64,000 bases of DNA from Vicugna vicugna. Lineage: Eukaryota. A program made the translations under genes and the position numbers. Positions within the stretch are counted from its first letter, which is position 1. Every line of letters begins with the position of its first letter. Of the stretch, positions 43,201-55,300 are shown piece by piece. The notes under the pieces are model-generated. The model was not told the DNA's origin and did no database searches. It saw nothing but the letters and a program-made list of their open reading frames with translations. Where the stretch lies: NCBI GenBank assembly GCA_013265495.1, contig MU058198.1, positions 7,455,779-7,519,778 on the forward strand. The letters run 5' to 3'.

Positions 43201-45539
43201 ACTCCTGAGTTTTTTCAGATCTGTTACGTTTACAAAAGAGTCTTTTAAGACTTTCCCTCTTCATTACAGAAGTGCCCCGCACACAGTAGGTTCATTCCTT
43301 TATTCATTCTGTTAATGTGTATGAATGTTTGCTCTGGGCTCTTCTGGGCATTATAGATGTGGCTATGAACAACACAGATAAAAAAGAAATGAAAAAATAA
43401 AAATTGCTGCCCTCCCAGAGGTTACATTCTAAGGAAGACAGATAATGAACAAAATCACAAAGTGGGGAAGGGGGCTGGAAGTGTTGGGGTCAGGGAAGGT
43501 AGTGAAGTTTTGGATCAGGAGGCAGGGGGCAGGGGACTTCTCTGAGAAGATAAACTTTTATGTAAAAGACTGACAGGAAGTAGATGTGTAACAGCTGCCC
43601 GTCTGCTGCTCCCTCCAAGAACTCTGTAAAGAAGATCATCTAGATGGAGGAGAGAGACTCTAACACTATCTGCCATCCTTAAAGTCTTCCAGGATGGGGG
43701 GAGGGGGATCACAAAAAGGGAAGTTGATTTTCCTTCTCAACATTCCTTTTTGTTCTGATTTTGCCCTAGACCGTTTCTCACTACTCCAATCTCCTCCAAG
43801 ACTCACCTCTATTCTATCTTGTCTATCCTTCCCTTCTTTATCACAATTTCATCCAGGGTGCCCAAGAAATGAGGGGGCACCTGAGGCAGGTGGGCAGGGG
43901 AACTATCATGCTTCCTACCATTCCTTGGAGCCCCGGCAGGTTGTGGAGGGGTGGCGGGAGCAGGAGGTGGGCAACACTGGGAGATTCAGGAAACATCTGC
44001 AGGGGCAGATGGCCCAGAACAGTGGCCCAGATCTAAGAGTAAGAGGATTAAACACACAGAACCCAGGGAAGAAACAAAGACACATGTTGGTTTGTTTTGG
44101 TTTTCGCTATGTCTCTCTTTTTCAGTATCTCTTTGGTTATAATAGCTTCACTGAGATAGAATTCACATACTGTACAGTCCACTTAAAGTGGACAATTCCG
44201 TGATTTTTAGTCTAATCAGAGAGTTGTGCAGCCATCACCATGATTTCAGAACATTTTCATCACTCCCTGAATAAACTTCATATCCATCAGGAGTCACTTC
44301 TTGTTTCCCCTCAATCACCCCCAGCCCCTCCACCTCCTGTTCCCCTCCCCAACTCTAGGTAACCACAAATGTACTTTCTGTCTCTCTAGATTTCCCTAGT
44401 CTGCCCCTTTTGTGTAAATGGCCCGTTTTGGTTTTGGTTTTAGTTGACTTTTTTCTTCTTTTTTTGGAAGGTGGGTGGGTGAACCACTGAAGAATATTAC
44501 AGAGGTAGGTTTGGAACATTAGAAGTTGAGAAGCTCTTCCAGGGAAAGGAAAAGCAGAAGAGGAAAATAACTTGCTTCAGTTTTATTTTTTATTGCTCTA
44601 TTTCTTCTTTGTAAGTCACCCCAAGTGTTGGAAGGAGACAAATCCTAAGCAAATGAAAGTGAGTACTACTACAAATTAAATCCTCTCTTTTATTTCTGTG
44701 AACAAGTTTTTTTGCCTGTTTTTATACATGTATGCCTCCTGTTTTGCCCACACTGTAAAATGTAAAGGAGCATGGAGTCAAGTCAGAAAACCTGGTTCTT
44801 CCTATTAGCAGCGTGACTCAGCTACTCTCAAAGTTCTCTCTTCAGAAATTAACAACATTGTAAATTGACTATACTTCAATTTAAAAAATTATCTCTTCTA
44901 TAAAATGCGGGGGTTAAAGAACAGAGGATTATTCCAGTCCCCTCTTCAGCGTCATCTCCTGAACTGCAGGCAATCAGCCTTTCTGGTATCTGTAAACATT
45001 CCTTTTTAATTTTTAGGCTCCATCCTAGACATTTCCTCCATTCCTGAAACTTCTGGGTACAGAAAGTAAGGAGGATGAGAAGATAGCAATGTGAATTGCT
45101 TACAAGTTGTGTAACAGGTCAAACATTTATGAAGAGCCTTTACACCTTACCTAGGCTGTTTCATAGCTAGGAAGGAACAACTGGAAGGGACCTTAGAGAA
45201 CATCTAGTCCAATCCCTTCACATCGGGACGAGGAAACAGAGCTAGAATTAGGATATAACTTTTCTAAGGCCAAACAGCAAGTGAGTGCCAGAGTCAGGGC
45301 CAGTTCTGGCTTTCCGATGCCAGATGCTTTCATTTACACTAGAGGAAGCCAAAACCCAGAGGAGCCAGAGACCTCCATGTAGAATAGAGCCTGTCAGTCG
45401 GGGCAGGCTCCTTGGAGGTCACCTAGAGTCCATTTCGTCTTTTAACAGAGGCTTAGAAGAGGTGTCGGCCCTGGATCCAGACCTCCGAACTCGCACTGCA
45501 TCCTGAATGAATGTGATTGCAAGGGTTCTTGGGGGCAGA

Positions 45540-46130
45540 GGCACCTATCCCAGCGTCGGGCCGGGGCGATTACTCGGGGCGGGGCTCAGGAGGCCCGGCC
45601 TTTAAGGTCCCTTCCTTAGGCAGGAGCCTTCTAGATCTCCTTATAGTCTGGCCGAAAGCAGCCTATAGTTAGGCGCGCTGCGCGAGTCCGGGCTGGGGTC
45701 GTGTCCCTGCAGCCACGAGCCAATCCCAGGACGCGCCTGGATAGGGGCGGGATGTCCGCTCCCCGCCCCGCCCATTTTCCCTCTCAGCTGCAGGGAAGCT
45801 GGGCGGTGACCTAGGCAACCGCCCGAGCATATTGCCCACCTGCCAAATTTGCCTCGTCCCGCCCCTCTCGGCACGACCAATCGGAAAGCGAAGTCCTTTA
45901 AGGGGCAAAAGGAAAAAAAGGACAGCGATTTTGATTGGTTGGTTGGGTGAGCCCCAGTACAATCATTGGCGTTACCCTCGGGCTGGGGATACGGACGTCG
46001 CTCAGGTTGGAACGGTGAGCCTGGGAGAGACACTTTCCAGAAGCTGAGCAGAAGAAGAGTTTTGGTGAACTGAAAATTCGGTGTTTCCAATTCAAAGCTA
46101 CTGCTGCTGTCGTAGGTGTGGGCGACTGTA
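45540..46130. promoter_or_regulatory. Orphan CpG-rich promoter (NF-Y + RFX + GC boxes)
   Basis: CCAAT 45720, 45877; ATTGG 45934, 45965; X-box-like GTGACCTAGGCAAC 45806-45819; several GGGGCGG/CCGCCCC; plus-strand donor ACG|GTGAGC at 46015. Confidence 0.65.
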
Positions 46131-48329
46131 GTGGGAGTCCAAGAACAACCGATATTGTTAGTTATACTTCTTGGTAGTTCTATCGCAAAGAATACAGACA
46201 TTTATTGTTTAAATTTAACATTTATTGAGTGCATGCCGTGTGCCAGGCACTATTTTAAGTGCTTGGGCTCAGTGAACAAAACAGATTCCTGCCTTCTTGG
46301 AGCTTGTGTTCTAACAAGGGGAGACCATGTATTACGTGATGTGTTAGAAAATGGGAGAAGGCAATGGAAACAAAAAATAGAGCAAGATTAGAGAGAGAGC
46401 AGGTGGCATCATTAAATAGGTGGCCAGGTTAAACACCAGTGCGAAAGTGGTATCTGAACAAATCACTGAAGGAGGCTAGAAGGTTAGGCAATGGACTATT
46501 TGGGAGAGCACGCCAGACAAGCGGGAACAGCTGACTGGTGTTACTGAAAAACAGCGAGAAGAGTGTGGCTGGAGCGTGTGAGTGAAGGGAGAACGGTGAG
46601 AAACGTTTGGGGAGAGAGGGAGTGCATATCTTACCGGGTCTTGTATGCTTGGCTTTTACTCTGAAACAGGGAGCCGTGGCAGGGTTTTTAGCAGAAGAGT
46701 GACATCATTTGACTTATATTTAAAATAACCCTTCTGGCTGCTGTGAAGAGACAGGGATAGAAGCAGGGAGGTCTGCTAAAAGGTAATTGCAATAATGTAT
46801 ATTTGGAGATAAGGGTAGTTTGGACCAGGGTGGTGGTGATGGAAGTCAGATTCTGGATATATTTTGAAGGCAGAGCCCACAGAATTTCTCACAAGATGGG
46901 ACATGGGAAATGAGGTAAAGGCAGAAATTAAGAATCACTAAGGATTTCTGCCTGAACAACTGAAAAAGTTGCCATCAATTGACATAAAAAAGGCTGGGGG
47001 TGGAGCAGGCTTGGAGTTGGGGGAAAACCAATATTTACAGGTGGAGTTTTTCAGTCCGAAGCAGACATGTGACCAGAACACATAATGAGGTTTGTTAACT
47101 TAGTCAAGGGTCCAGAAAGCTTCCTTTCACCTGTTAAGGGTGAAGCGTTACCCGGGTAATTCTCCAGTGAGTGATGAGGTCTTATCAGAATCACTTAGAA
47201 AATCTTTTCAGTCTAAACCACAGAGGCAATCTTTACTCCCCTGAATCTTGCTTATGGGGTGGGGGGTGGGGTGGTTGGGAGCAGTGCTATATGCAGTCAT
47301 TCCAGCAAGGAAGACTGAGGCTGATAAGACAGAGGGAGGGAATCTCCTCTCTAGTAAAGGGCTCATCTTGTGTAACAACTACTTCCCCCAGGTTGCAATT
47401 CTGCCATCAAGTGACAGGACCAGAGAGAAGCATCTTGTCCAGCTTCTAGACTTTTAATCACATTTTTATTTGAAAATAATATGGCAATGACATTAACAAG
47501 AGGCTTCTGGTTAAACGTGGTGGTCTACAGGCACTTTATTTATCTGACTTTTCTTGACCCTCCTTTAAAATGAAAGTAAAGGAATTTTCAAAGGTTTAAG
47601 TATACAAGAAAAAGAGAACTAGAACAGAGATGAGAGCAGATAAGAGATACAGTATTCTTTAAAACTTAAAAGCAAAGAACCCTTTCTGGTTAACATGGCA
47701 GGCTATTCACAGCAATCTACTCTCTGATAATAAAAATATGGAATAAAATAAAACAATAATAACAATAATGATAATTTAAAAAAAAAACTTCTTAAAAGTA
47801 CTGAAGAGCAAAGAAGGAATTTCCAGACCAAAATTTAGGTGAAAGTGTGAACCCAGAGAGGAACCTGAACACTGAAACTGCCTTTATCCTGAAAGCATTT
47901 GCCAAACCAGGTGAAACTGAGCAGGCTTCATAGAACAGAAATCCAAGCCCTGGGTTTGCCCAGTGGTTAAGAAAAGATGCCCCCGCTGTGATTGAACAGG
48001 TGTAAGCCCGGAGTAACCTGGCCCAGGCTCCTTGCCCGAGGGGATTGCAAAGTAGTTTCCTTGATGCTGAGCAAAGGAGGGGAGGAAACTATTTCAGAGA
48101 AGTTGTGATGACAAACCAGCCCTCGGGTGGATATGTAGCTCCAAATCACCTCATTTATGTGCTCAAAAACAAAAACATCAAGCTATAAATTTAAAGCAGC
48201 TATAGATTGGCTGTGTTTAGGTACTAGCAGAAGGAAATACAAAATCCCATCAGATGACAAAGCAAACTTGAATCAAATAGAACTTTCAGAAATTAAAAAT
48301 ATGGTAACTGAAATAAAAAAACTCAACAG

Positions 48330-49720
48330 AAGGGAACTTCTTCATCTGGTAAAAGACCTATACAGACAAATTATAGCCAAGATCATACTAAAAGGTAATA
48401 TATTGAATATTGATTACGAACAAGCCAAAGATGTCCACTTTCACCACTTCTGTTCAACATTGTGCTAGTGGTCCTACCTGGTGCCATAAGGCAATAAAAA
48501 GGAAAGGCGTTAAGTATCAGAAAGGAAGAAGTAAAATTGTCTCCGTTTGTAAGTGACATTGTTTATGAGGAATCTATAAAACAGCTGCTAGAACTAATGA
48601 ATGAATTGAGCTCTGTCTAGGATTCAAGGTCAATATAGAAAAATAAGTTGTATTTTTTCAGTTATAATTTTGGTGTATCATTAGCAACAACTGGAAAATA
48701 AAATTTAAAGGATTTCTATTTTCACTACCCTTATTCAAAAAAATGCTGTAAGTTGTAACTCATGCAACAGGGCAAGAAAATAAAAGGCATGCAGATCGTA
48801 AAGGGAAAAATAAAACAGTCACTACTTTCAGATAACGACTGTCTGCAGAGAAAATATCAAGGAATCTACCAAAAACTCCTGGAACTAATAAGTGATTTAA
48901 GCAAGTTCTTAGGATACAAGGTAAACATTAAAAGAAAATCTATTGTAGTTCTGTATACTAGCCATGAACATGTGGACACTTAAAAATATATACCATTTAT
49001 AATTCAAAAAAACAAAAATGAAATACTTAGGTATAAATCTAATAAAACATGTATAGGACTTGTATGATGAAAATAACACAACAATGATGAAAGTAAACAA
49101 ATATCTATGTAAATGGAGAGACTTACTGTGTTCATGGATCAGAAGACTCAACATAGCAAAATTATCAATTCTCTAAATTGATATACAAGTTTAAAGGCAG
49201 TCCTATCAAAGTCCCAGCAAGATTTATTGGAGATATAGACAAGATTGTTTTAAAATTTATACGAAAGGACCAAAGGAAAAGGCATATGTGAAAGGCAAAG
49301 GAATTAGAATAGCTAAAACAATTTTGAAAAAGAATAAAATGGAAGGAATACATTTACCAGATTTCAAGACCTTTTATATAGCTAGACCCACACAAATACT
49401 CCCAGCTGATTTTTAACAAAGGGGCAAAAGCAATTGAATGATGCTTTTCCAACAAATAGTGCTGGAGTATTTGGACATCCACAGGCAAAAACAAAACAAA
49501 ACAAGAAACAAACCACACACACACAAAAAACCCTTTTATAAAAATTAACTAAAAATGAATTGTAGACATAAGTGTTATAAAAACTATAAAACCTTTTTTT
49601 AAAGCATAGGAGAAAAATCTTCAAAATCTAGGGCGAGATAGAGTTTTTAGACTTGACACCAAAAGCATAATTTATAAAAGGAAACAATGATAACTTGAAC
49701 ATCAAAATTTTAAACTTTAA
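48330..49720 (+). mobile_element. Degenerate LINE-1 ORF2 fragments
   Basis: A-rich L1 ORF2-like text (KLLELISDLSKFLGYKVNI..KSI; TGTTCATGGATCAGAAGACTCAA) with many stops. Confidence 0.8.
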
Positions 49721-49917
49721 AAATTAGCTTTGAGATATAATTAACATACTATACAGTTCACCCATTAAAACTGCCTAGTTCAATGGGGAAGAGTTTTTTG
49801 CATATTACATTATTAACTTTAAAAATTGTGATAAATATATAAAACAAAATTTGCCACTTTAACATTTTTGAAATATGTAATTCAGTGACATGAATTATAC
49901 TCACAGTGTTGTGCTAG

Positions 49918-50502
49918 TAAGGTGGGAAGCCCTATAAAAAGACCGGCAGGACCACCACGCAGGGCCACTACTCTCCTGCCAGCACCATCCGGTTCCCTGG
50001 CCCAGAGCCTCTATCTCACTTTTTGTCTCTGAAACGGCTTATTTCCCCCCTAAAATTCTATTGGTTCCTTGAGCTCACTCCTGATTGGTTATTTCCTTCA
50101 TTCCTGATTGGTTATTTCCTTCATTCCTGATTGGTCCATTTCCCTAACTTCTCATTGGTCCATTTGTAGTACTTCATTTGCATGGAGCTCACTCCTCATT
50201 GATTGTTTTTCTCACTCCTGATTGGTTATTTTTCTCCCTCCTGATTGGTCCATTTCTACAAAGCTTGTTCCAAATTAGTCAATTTTTGTTATACTTTATT
50301 TGCATATGATGTTGCAAAGTGTAAACTGGTAGCCTACAAAAGCCTGTGTAAACCTACAGATGGGGTCCAGGTCTTTGAGTGTTAACTCTTCTGGCCCAGT
50401 TTGTGTAATAAACCTGAGCTTTCCGACTCCCTGAGCGCTGCTTGGTCTCTTGCCCAGATCCACGTTGCTGTCACAACTGAGTTGTAACACCGTTTTGCAA
50501 CA
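49918..50502 (+). mobile_element. Solo endogenous-retrovirus LTR (ERV1-like) inserted in an L1 fragment
   Basis: 4-bp TSD CTAG at 49914-49917 and 50503-50506; ends in ...TGCAACA; AATAAA 50407-50412; flanks rejoin as L1 3'-end text CACAGTGTTGTGC...CATCACCACT. Confidence 0.8.
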
Positions 50503-50506
50503 CTAG

Positions 50507-52340
50507 CATCACCACTACTTCCAAAACTTTTTCATCACTCCAGACAGAAACTTTGTGATCATTAAGTAATAACTCCTCATTTTTCCCTCCCCCTAGGTCA
50601 TGGTAACCTCTAATCTACTTTCTGTCTCAATGAATCTGCTTATTCTAGAACCTTATCCAAGTTGAATCATAAAACATTGTTCCTTTGTGTCTGGCTTATT
50701 TCACTTAGCATATTTTCAAGGTTCATCCAGGTTGTAGCAGGTATTAGAACTTCATTCCTTTCTATAGCTGAAAACTATTCCCTTGTGTGTATATACATTT
50801 GTTTATCCAATCATCCACTTTTTGACGATTGTGAATAATGCTGCAGTGAACATTGGCATACAAGTGTCTGTTCAAGTCCTTGCCTTCAGTTTGCCTGGAG
50901 TGCAATAGTTGGATCACATGGTAACTATGTTTACCTTTTTGAGGAGCTGCCAAACTGTTTTCCGTAGCTGCTGCATTATTTGTTAAGAATTATTTTATGG
51001 CATAACATATGATCTATCCTGGAGAATGTTCTATGTGTACTTGAGAATGAGTATTCTGCTGTTACTGTCTGGAGTGTTCTATGTATGTGCTTTAGGTCTA
51101 GATGGTTTATAGTAGTACAAGTTCTCAATTTTTTTATTCATCTTTTATCTTCTAGTTGTATTCATTATTGAAAGCAGGGTATTTGAAATTTCCAGCTATT
51201 ACTATAGAACTGCCTATTTCTCCCTTCACTCTTTCAATGTTTATTTGACATATTTTGAGGCTCCTCTGTTAGGTGTGTATATGTCTATAACTGTTACAAC
51301 TTGTTGTATTGAAACTTTAACCAATATATAATATCATTATCTCTTACTGCCTTTTTTGATTTAAAGTCTGTGTTTTCTGATAATAATAGAGCCAATCCAG
51401 CACCGTTTTGTTTACTATTTGCATATCATATTGAATATCTTTTTTCCATTATTTTACTTTCATCCAAAGTGAGTCCTTATTTTTAAAGGACTCTTTGTGT
51501 CCTAATATTTAAAGTGAGTCTCTTGCAGATAGCATATAGATGGATCCTGGTTTTGTTTTGTTTTTTTTAATCCAAGCTACTGATCTGTCTCTTATTGGGA
51601 AGGTTTAATCTTTTTACATTTAATGTGATTGCTGATAAAGAATAATTTACTTCTGCCATTTAGCTATTAGTTTTGTGTATCTTATATGTTTTTTTGTTCC
51701 TCAATTCTTCCGGACTCAAACTGGAACTTACCCCATCAGCTCCCCTGGGTCTGGACTTCTCAGCTTCTATAATTGCATGGGCCAGTTCCGTAGAAGAAAT
51801 CTGTTTATATCTGTATCTATCTGTCTCTCTAGCTATCTACCCTCTATTGTTTCTGTTTCTCTGGAGAACCCTGATTAATACCTCATTTTAACCCTTTTTA
51901 AGTGCACAATTCACTGGCGTGATATACATTCACAGTGTTTTGCAACCATCACCACTTATCCGTTTTGAAATTTTTTTTTATCATCTCAAACAGAAATCTG
52001 TACTCATTAAACAATAACTCCCTACCCACCTTCCCATTATCCCCTGGTAACTTCTATTCTACTTTCTATCTCTATGAATTTGCCTGTTCTGGGTACTTTA
52101 TATAAACAGAATCATTCAATATTTGTCTTTTTGTGTCTGGCTTACTTCATTTAGCCTAATGTTTTTAAGGTTCATCCACGTTGTAGCAGGTATTAGAATT
52201 TCCTTCCTTTTTAGGGCTGAATAATATTCCATTGTATGTATGTACCACATTTTGTTTATTCATTCATCTGTTGATGGACACTTGAGTTGTTTCCACCTTT
52301 TGGTTTGTGAATAGTGCTGCTGTGAACATGGCTGTACAAG
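50507..52340 (-). mobile_element. LINE-1 fragments (antisense) with a nested MLT2-like LTR piece at about 51710-51880
   Basis: Antisense L1 3'-end text (GTCTGGCTTATTTCACTTAGCAT, ATAATATTCCATTGTATG); TTCTGTTTCTCTGGAGAACCCTGATTAATAC is typical of an MLT2 end. Confidence 0.7.
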
Positions 52341-55300
52341 GAAGCCAGGCCTTTCTAACGTCACTGCTTGTTTCATCAAAAGAATGATGTGATGGGCATC
52401 TAGTATTTTGTTTATTTTTTTTCTGTCCATTACCCCTCCTTCCTTCTGGCCACAGCCCCTCCCTCACTAGGAATAGAAGAGGCTCTTACAGACTAGTACT
52501 ATTCAGGAGTCACTCCAGTTGTGCTAAACGACTCCTTTGCCCTAGTTGTGGCCATTTGGTCCCATGTTCAACAAGCCAGGAGCAGAGCTGAGGAGAGTGA
52601 GGTGGAGATGCTGTCTGCAGCCTTGTTTCCAGCTCTCTGGAAATACCGCTCACATGGAATAAAGCGGACACGAGTAAAAGCACAAAGAAAGTTGGGAAGA
52701 GAGTGTCCTGATTCCAGACGCCTCGATAGCCCAGGTGTACTGGTTTCCTCCTTCTGATTACTTAAGATATCCCAGCATCCTTCTGGCCACCCCACTTTTT
52801 GTCTAAGCTAGTACTTTTGGGGTTTGTGTCCCTGGCAACCAAAGGGACAAAAACTGGTGACTATTCTTTCCACATCAGAATTCCTCCTGTCAGGAGGGAG
52901 TGAAGCAGTTTATCTTAGGTCAGATTCTCCTGGAAGCTTAACCTGGGCCAGGGACTAAAGTGCCAGTGATTTATTAATTGTTCCCAGGGAAAACCTGCAA
53001 GGGAGTGAGCTAGGCAGGTTAGCAAGTGTGTGTAGCAAGTGTGTGAGCAGCTCTGGAGTAAAAATAACACCCTAGTTTTCCTCCTTTAGGTGAAGGAGCT
53101 GTCCTTACACACCAGTCAGTGGCTGTCAGCCCCCGCAGGGGAGGGAGGGTGTGGTGACATAAAAGTTCCCATGGGTAAAGTGAAGGTTGCAGGTGGAAGG
53201 TATTGGCAGGAAACACACAGAATCTGGCTCACAGCGTGGGTGAAAGGGTTCTGAGGATCTGAGGAGTGGACGCAGTGTTCCACAGAACATCTGGGGAAAG
53301 CGGGGTCCTCCCCATCTCCTCCCATCCTACCTGCCCTCTCCACCCCCAGGCCAAGTTGGCACGTGCCACTAACACACATATACCAGTGCCTGGGCTCACC
53401 CAGTGACCCCACCATCCAGACCAAAGTGTGTCACTGCATTTCCATACTGGAAGCTGTCGGCCTTTTTTCCCTTCCTGCTTTCCACAGCATCCTTTAATGT
53501 TCTGCACGAAGAAGCATTCTGTTTACCAAATGTATACTGGATAGAGAAAAAGAAAGGTTCCTCAGGACTTTTCTGCCTCCACAACAGAGGCCTCGAATGC
53601 CAGAAATTGTCAGCCACGAAACATAACAACGATGACAATAATGACTTCTGGCTTTACTGCGTGCTTAACCTCACTCTCTAAAAGGTGTACTTAACAGTGA
53701 AAGGATTTAATTTCCTTCGTGTTAAATAATCCATTTAACAAAAATCCATTCAATCAAATATTTAGGAATACCAGAAGAAACAGGAGAAACAGTTTTATTG
53801 GAAATATTCTAACACACTTTCTGAATAATCAAAAAATAAATAAGGATGTAGAAGATATGAACATATAAATTGTTTACCCTGAAAACAAATAGTGTACCTT
53901 CATTTCAAGTTTCATGAATGGTGACAAATTCAATAAATATTAAGCTACAGATGATATTTTGGTAAATTTTGAAAAGTGGACACTCTATAAGTCAGTCTCA
54001 GATCAAAATGCAATCCAGCTAACAATAATATAAAACACACCACCTAGAAATTGAAAAACATAAATAACATCTCAAATTACCCTTAGGACAAGAAGTAAAT
54101 CAAGAATAAAAAACAAACTATTTAGAAAACAATAATAAAAGGATACAAAGCCATCTGCAGAGGCAAAATGTAGTAACATTAAATGATTTTAGTGTCAAAG
54201 AGAGAGAAATAAAAGAATGAATGAAGCACGTGAGCTGAGATTTTGGAAGAGAGTATAAAACACTCCCCTACCCTCTAAACAGGAAAGGAAATATTTGAAA
54301 TGGAAAACAGAAAAAATAAATGCCCAGAAGCTTAAAAGTAGGAGAGACATGCCTTCCAGTCTGTGGACAGAGAAGCATGTCACCTTGTTCCCCATGAACT
54401 TGGTCCTCTACATGTCTCTGGTCCTCCCCCTTCTTCCTATCATGCTCTGTGAATTGCAGCTCATCTGCTCCCAGGGCCTGGGCTCCCTTCATCCCCTTTC
54501 TCTGTGTCGGCACCGCGTCTTGTATGCGCTATGCCTCTGTGGTGGCATCTACATGTGCCCTGCAATGAATTCTTCCTGCTTGTAACTCGCTTTCTACTAG
54601 ACACGAGGTCTTTGGGACACGAACCAAGTCCTGATGACTGTTGTATCCTCAGGGCCTGGGATGTGGTGGGTCTTAATGAACATGTGCTGAATGAAGGAAT
54701 GAGAGGATGGGCTGGAGCACTGATTCCTGAGTTGCATTTGGTCCTAAGTTGCTTCTGTCCCCACTGCCCAGCCACAGGTCCCCAGCCAATGTCACAAGGC
54801 CTGGAATGAATCATTCCAACAGTAAGAGAACTAACAAGGGAGGATCTGCCTATCGGGATATTAATGCAACCAATGACCACTGTTTTGACAATGTCAAAAA
54901 AATATGAGGTCTTAGGACTTTGATTTTTTTTCTTATTTCTTCTTTTCCACTGAATAATCAAATATTTCTTTTGTGAAATGGAAAACCATCCTCTCTACTC
55001 AAGGCCGGATTCAAACGTCAACTTCTCTGGGGATCTTCCGTGATTTCTCCAACTAGAAACAATCTTTTCCTGGGCTTTCCAGAGCATCTGCCCCTCCCTC
55101 TGGCCTCTTAACATTTCTGCATTTTGTTGTTTGCGTTTCCAAATGGGCTGCTGACACCCCCCAGGAGGCCTGGAGATCCCCTAGATAAGGAGAGGATGTA
55201 CTGGGACAGTTCATCCAGACTCAATCCAACTTCCCCCGCATGTGTGGTGGGGAGGGGACAACTTACAATGCGGTTGCCTGGGTAACAGGGACCACACTGA

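Noticed and set aside
50055..50250. Regular 23-bp repeats superficially like a CRISPR array
   Set aside because: No unique spacers; eukaryotic context; internal tandem repeat of an LTR.
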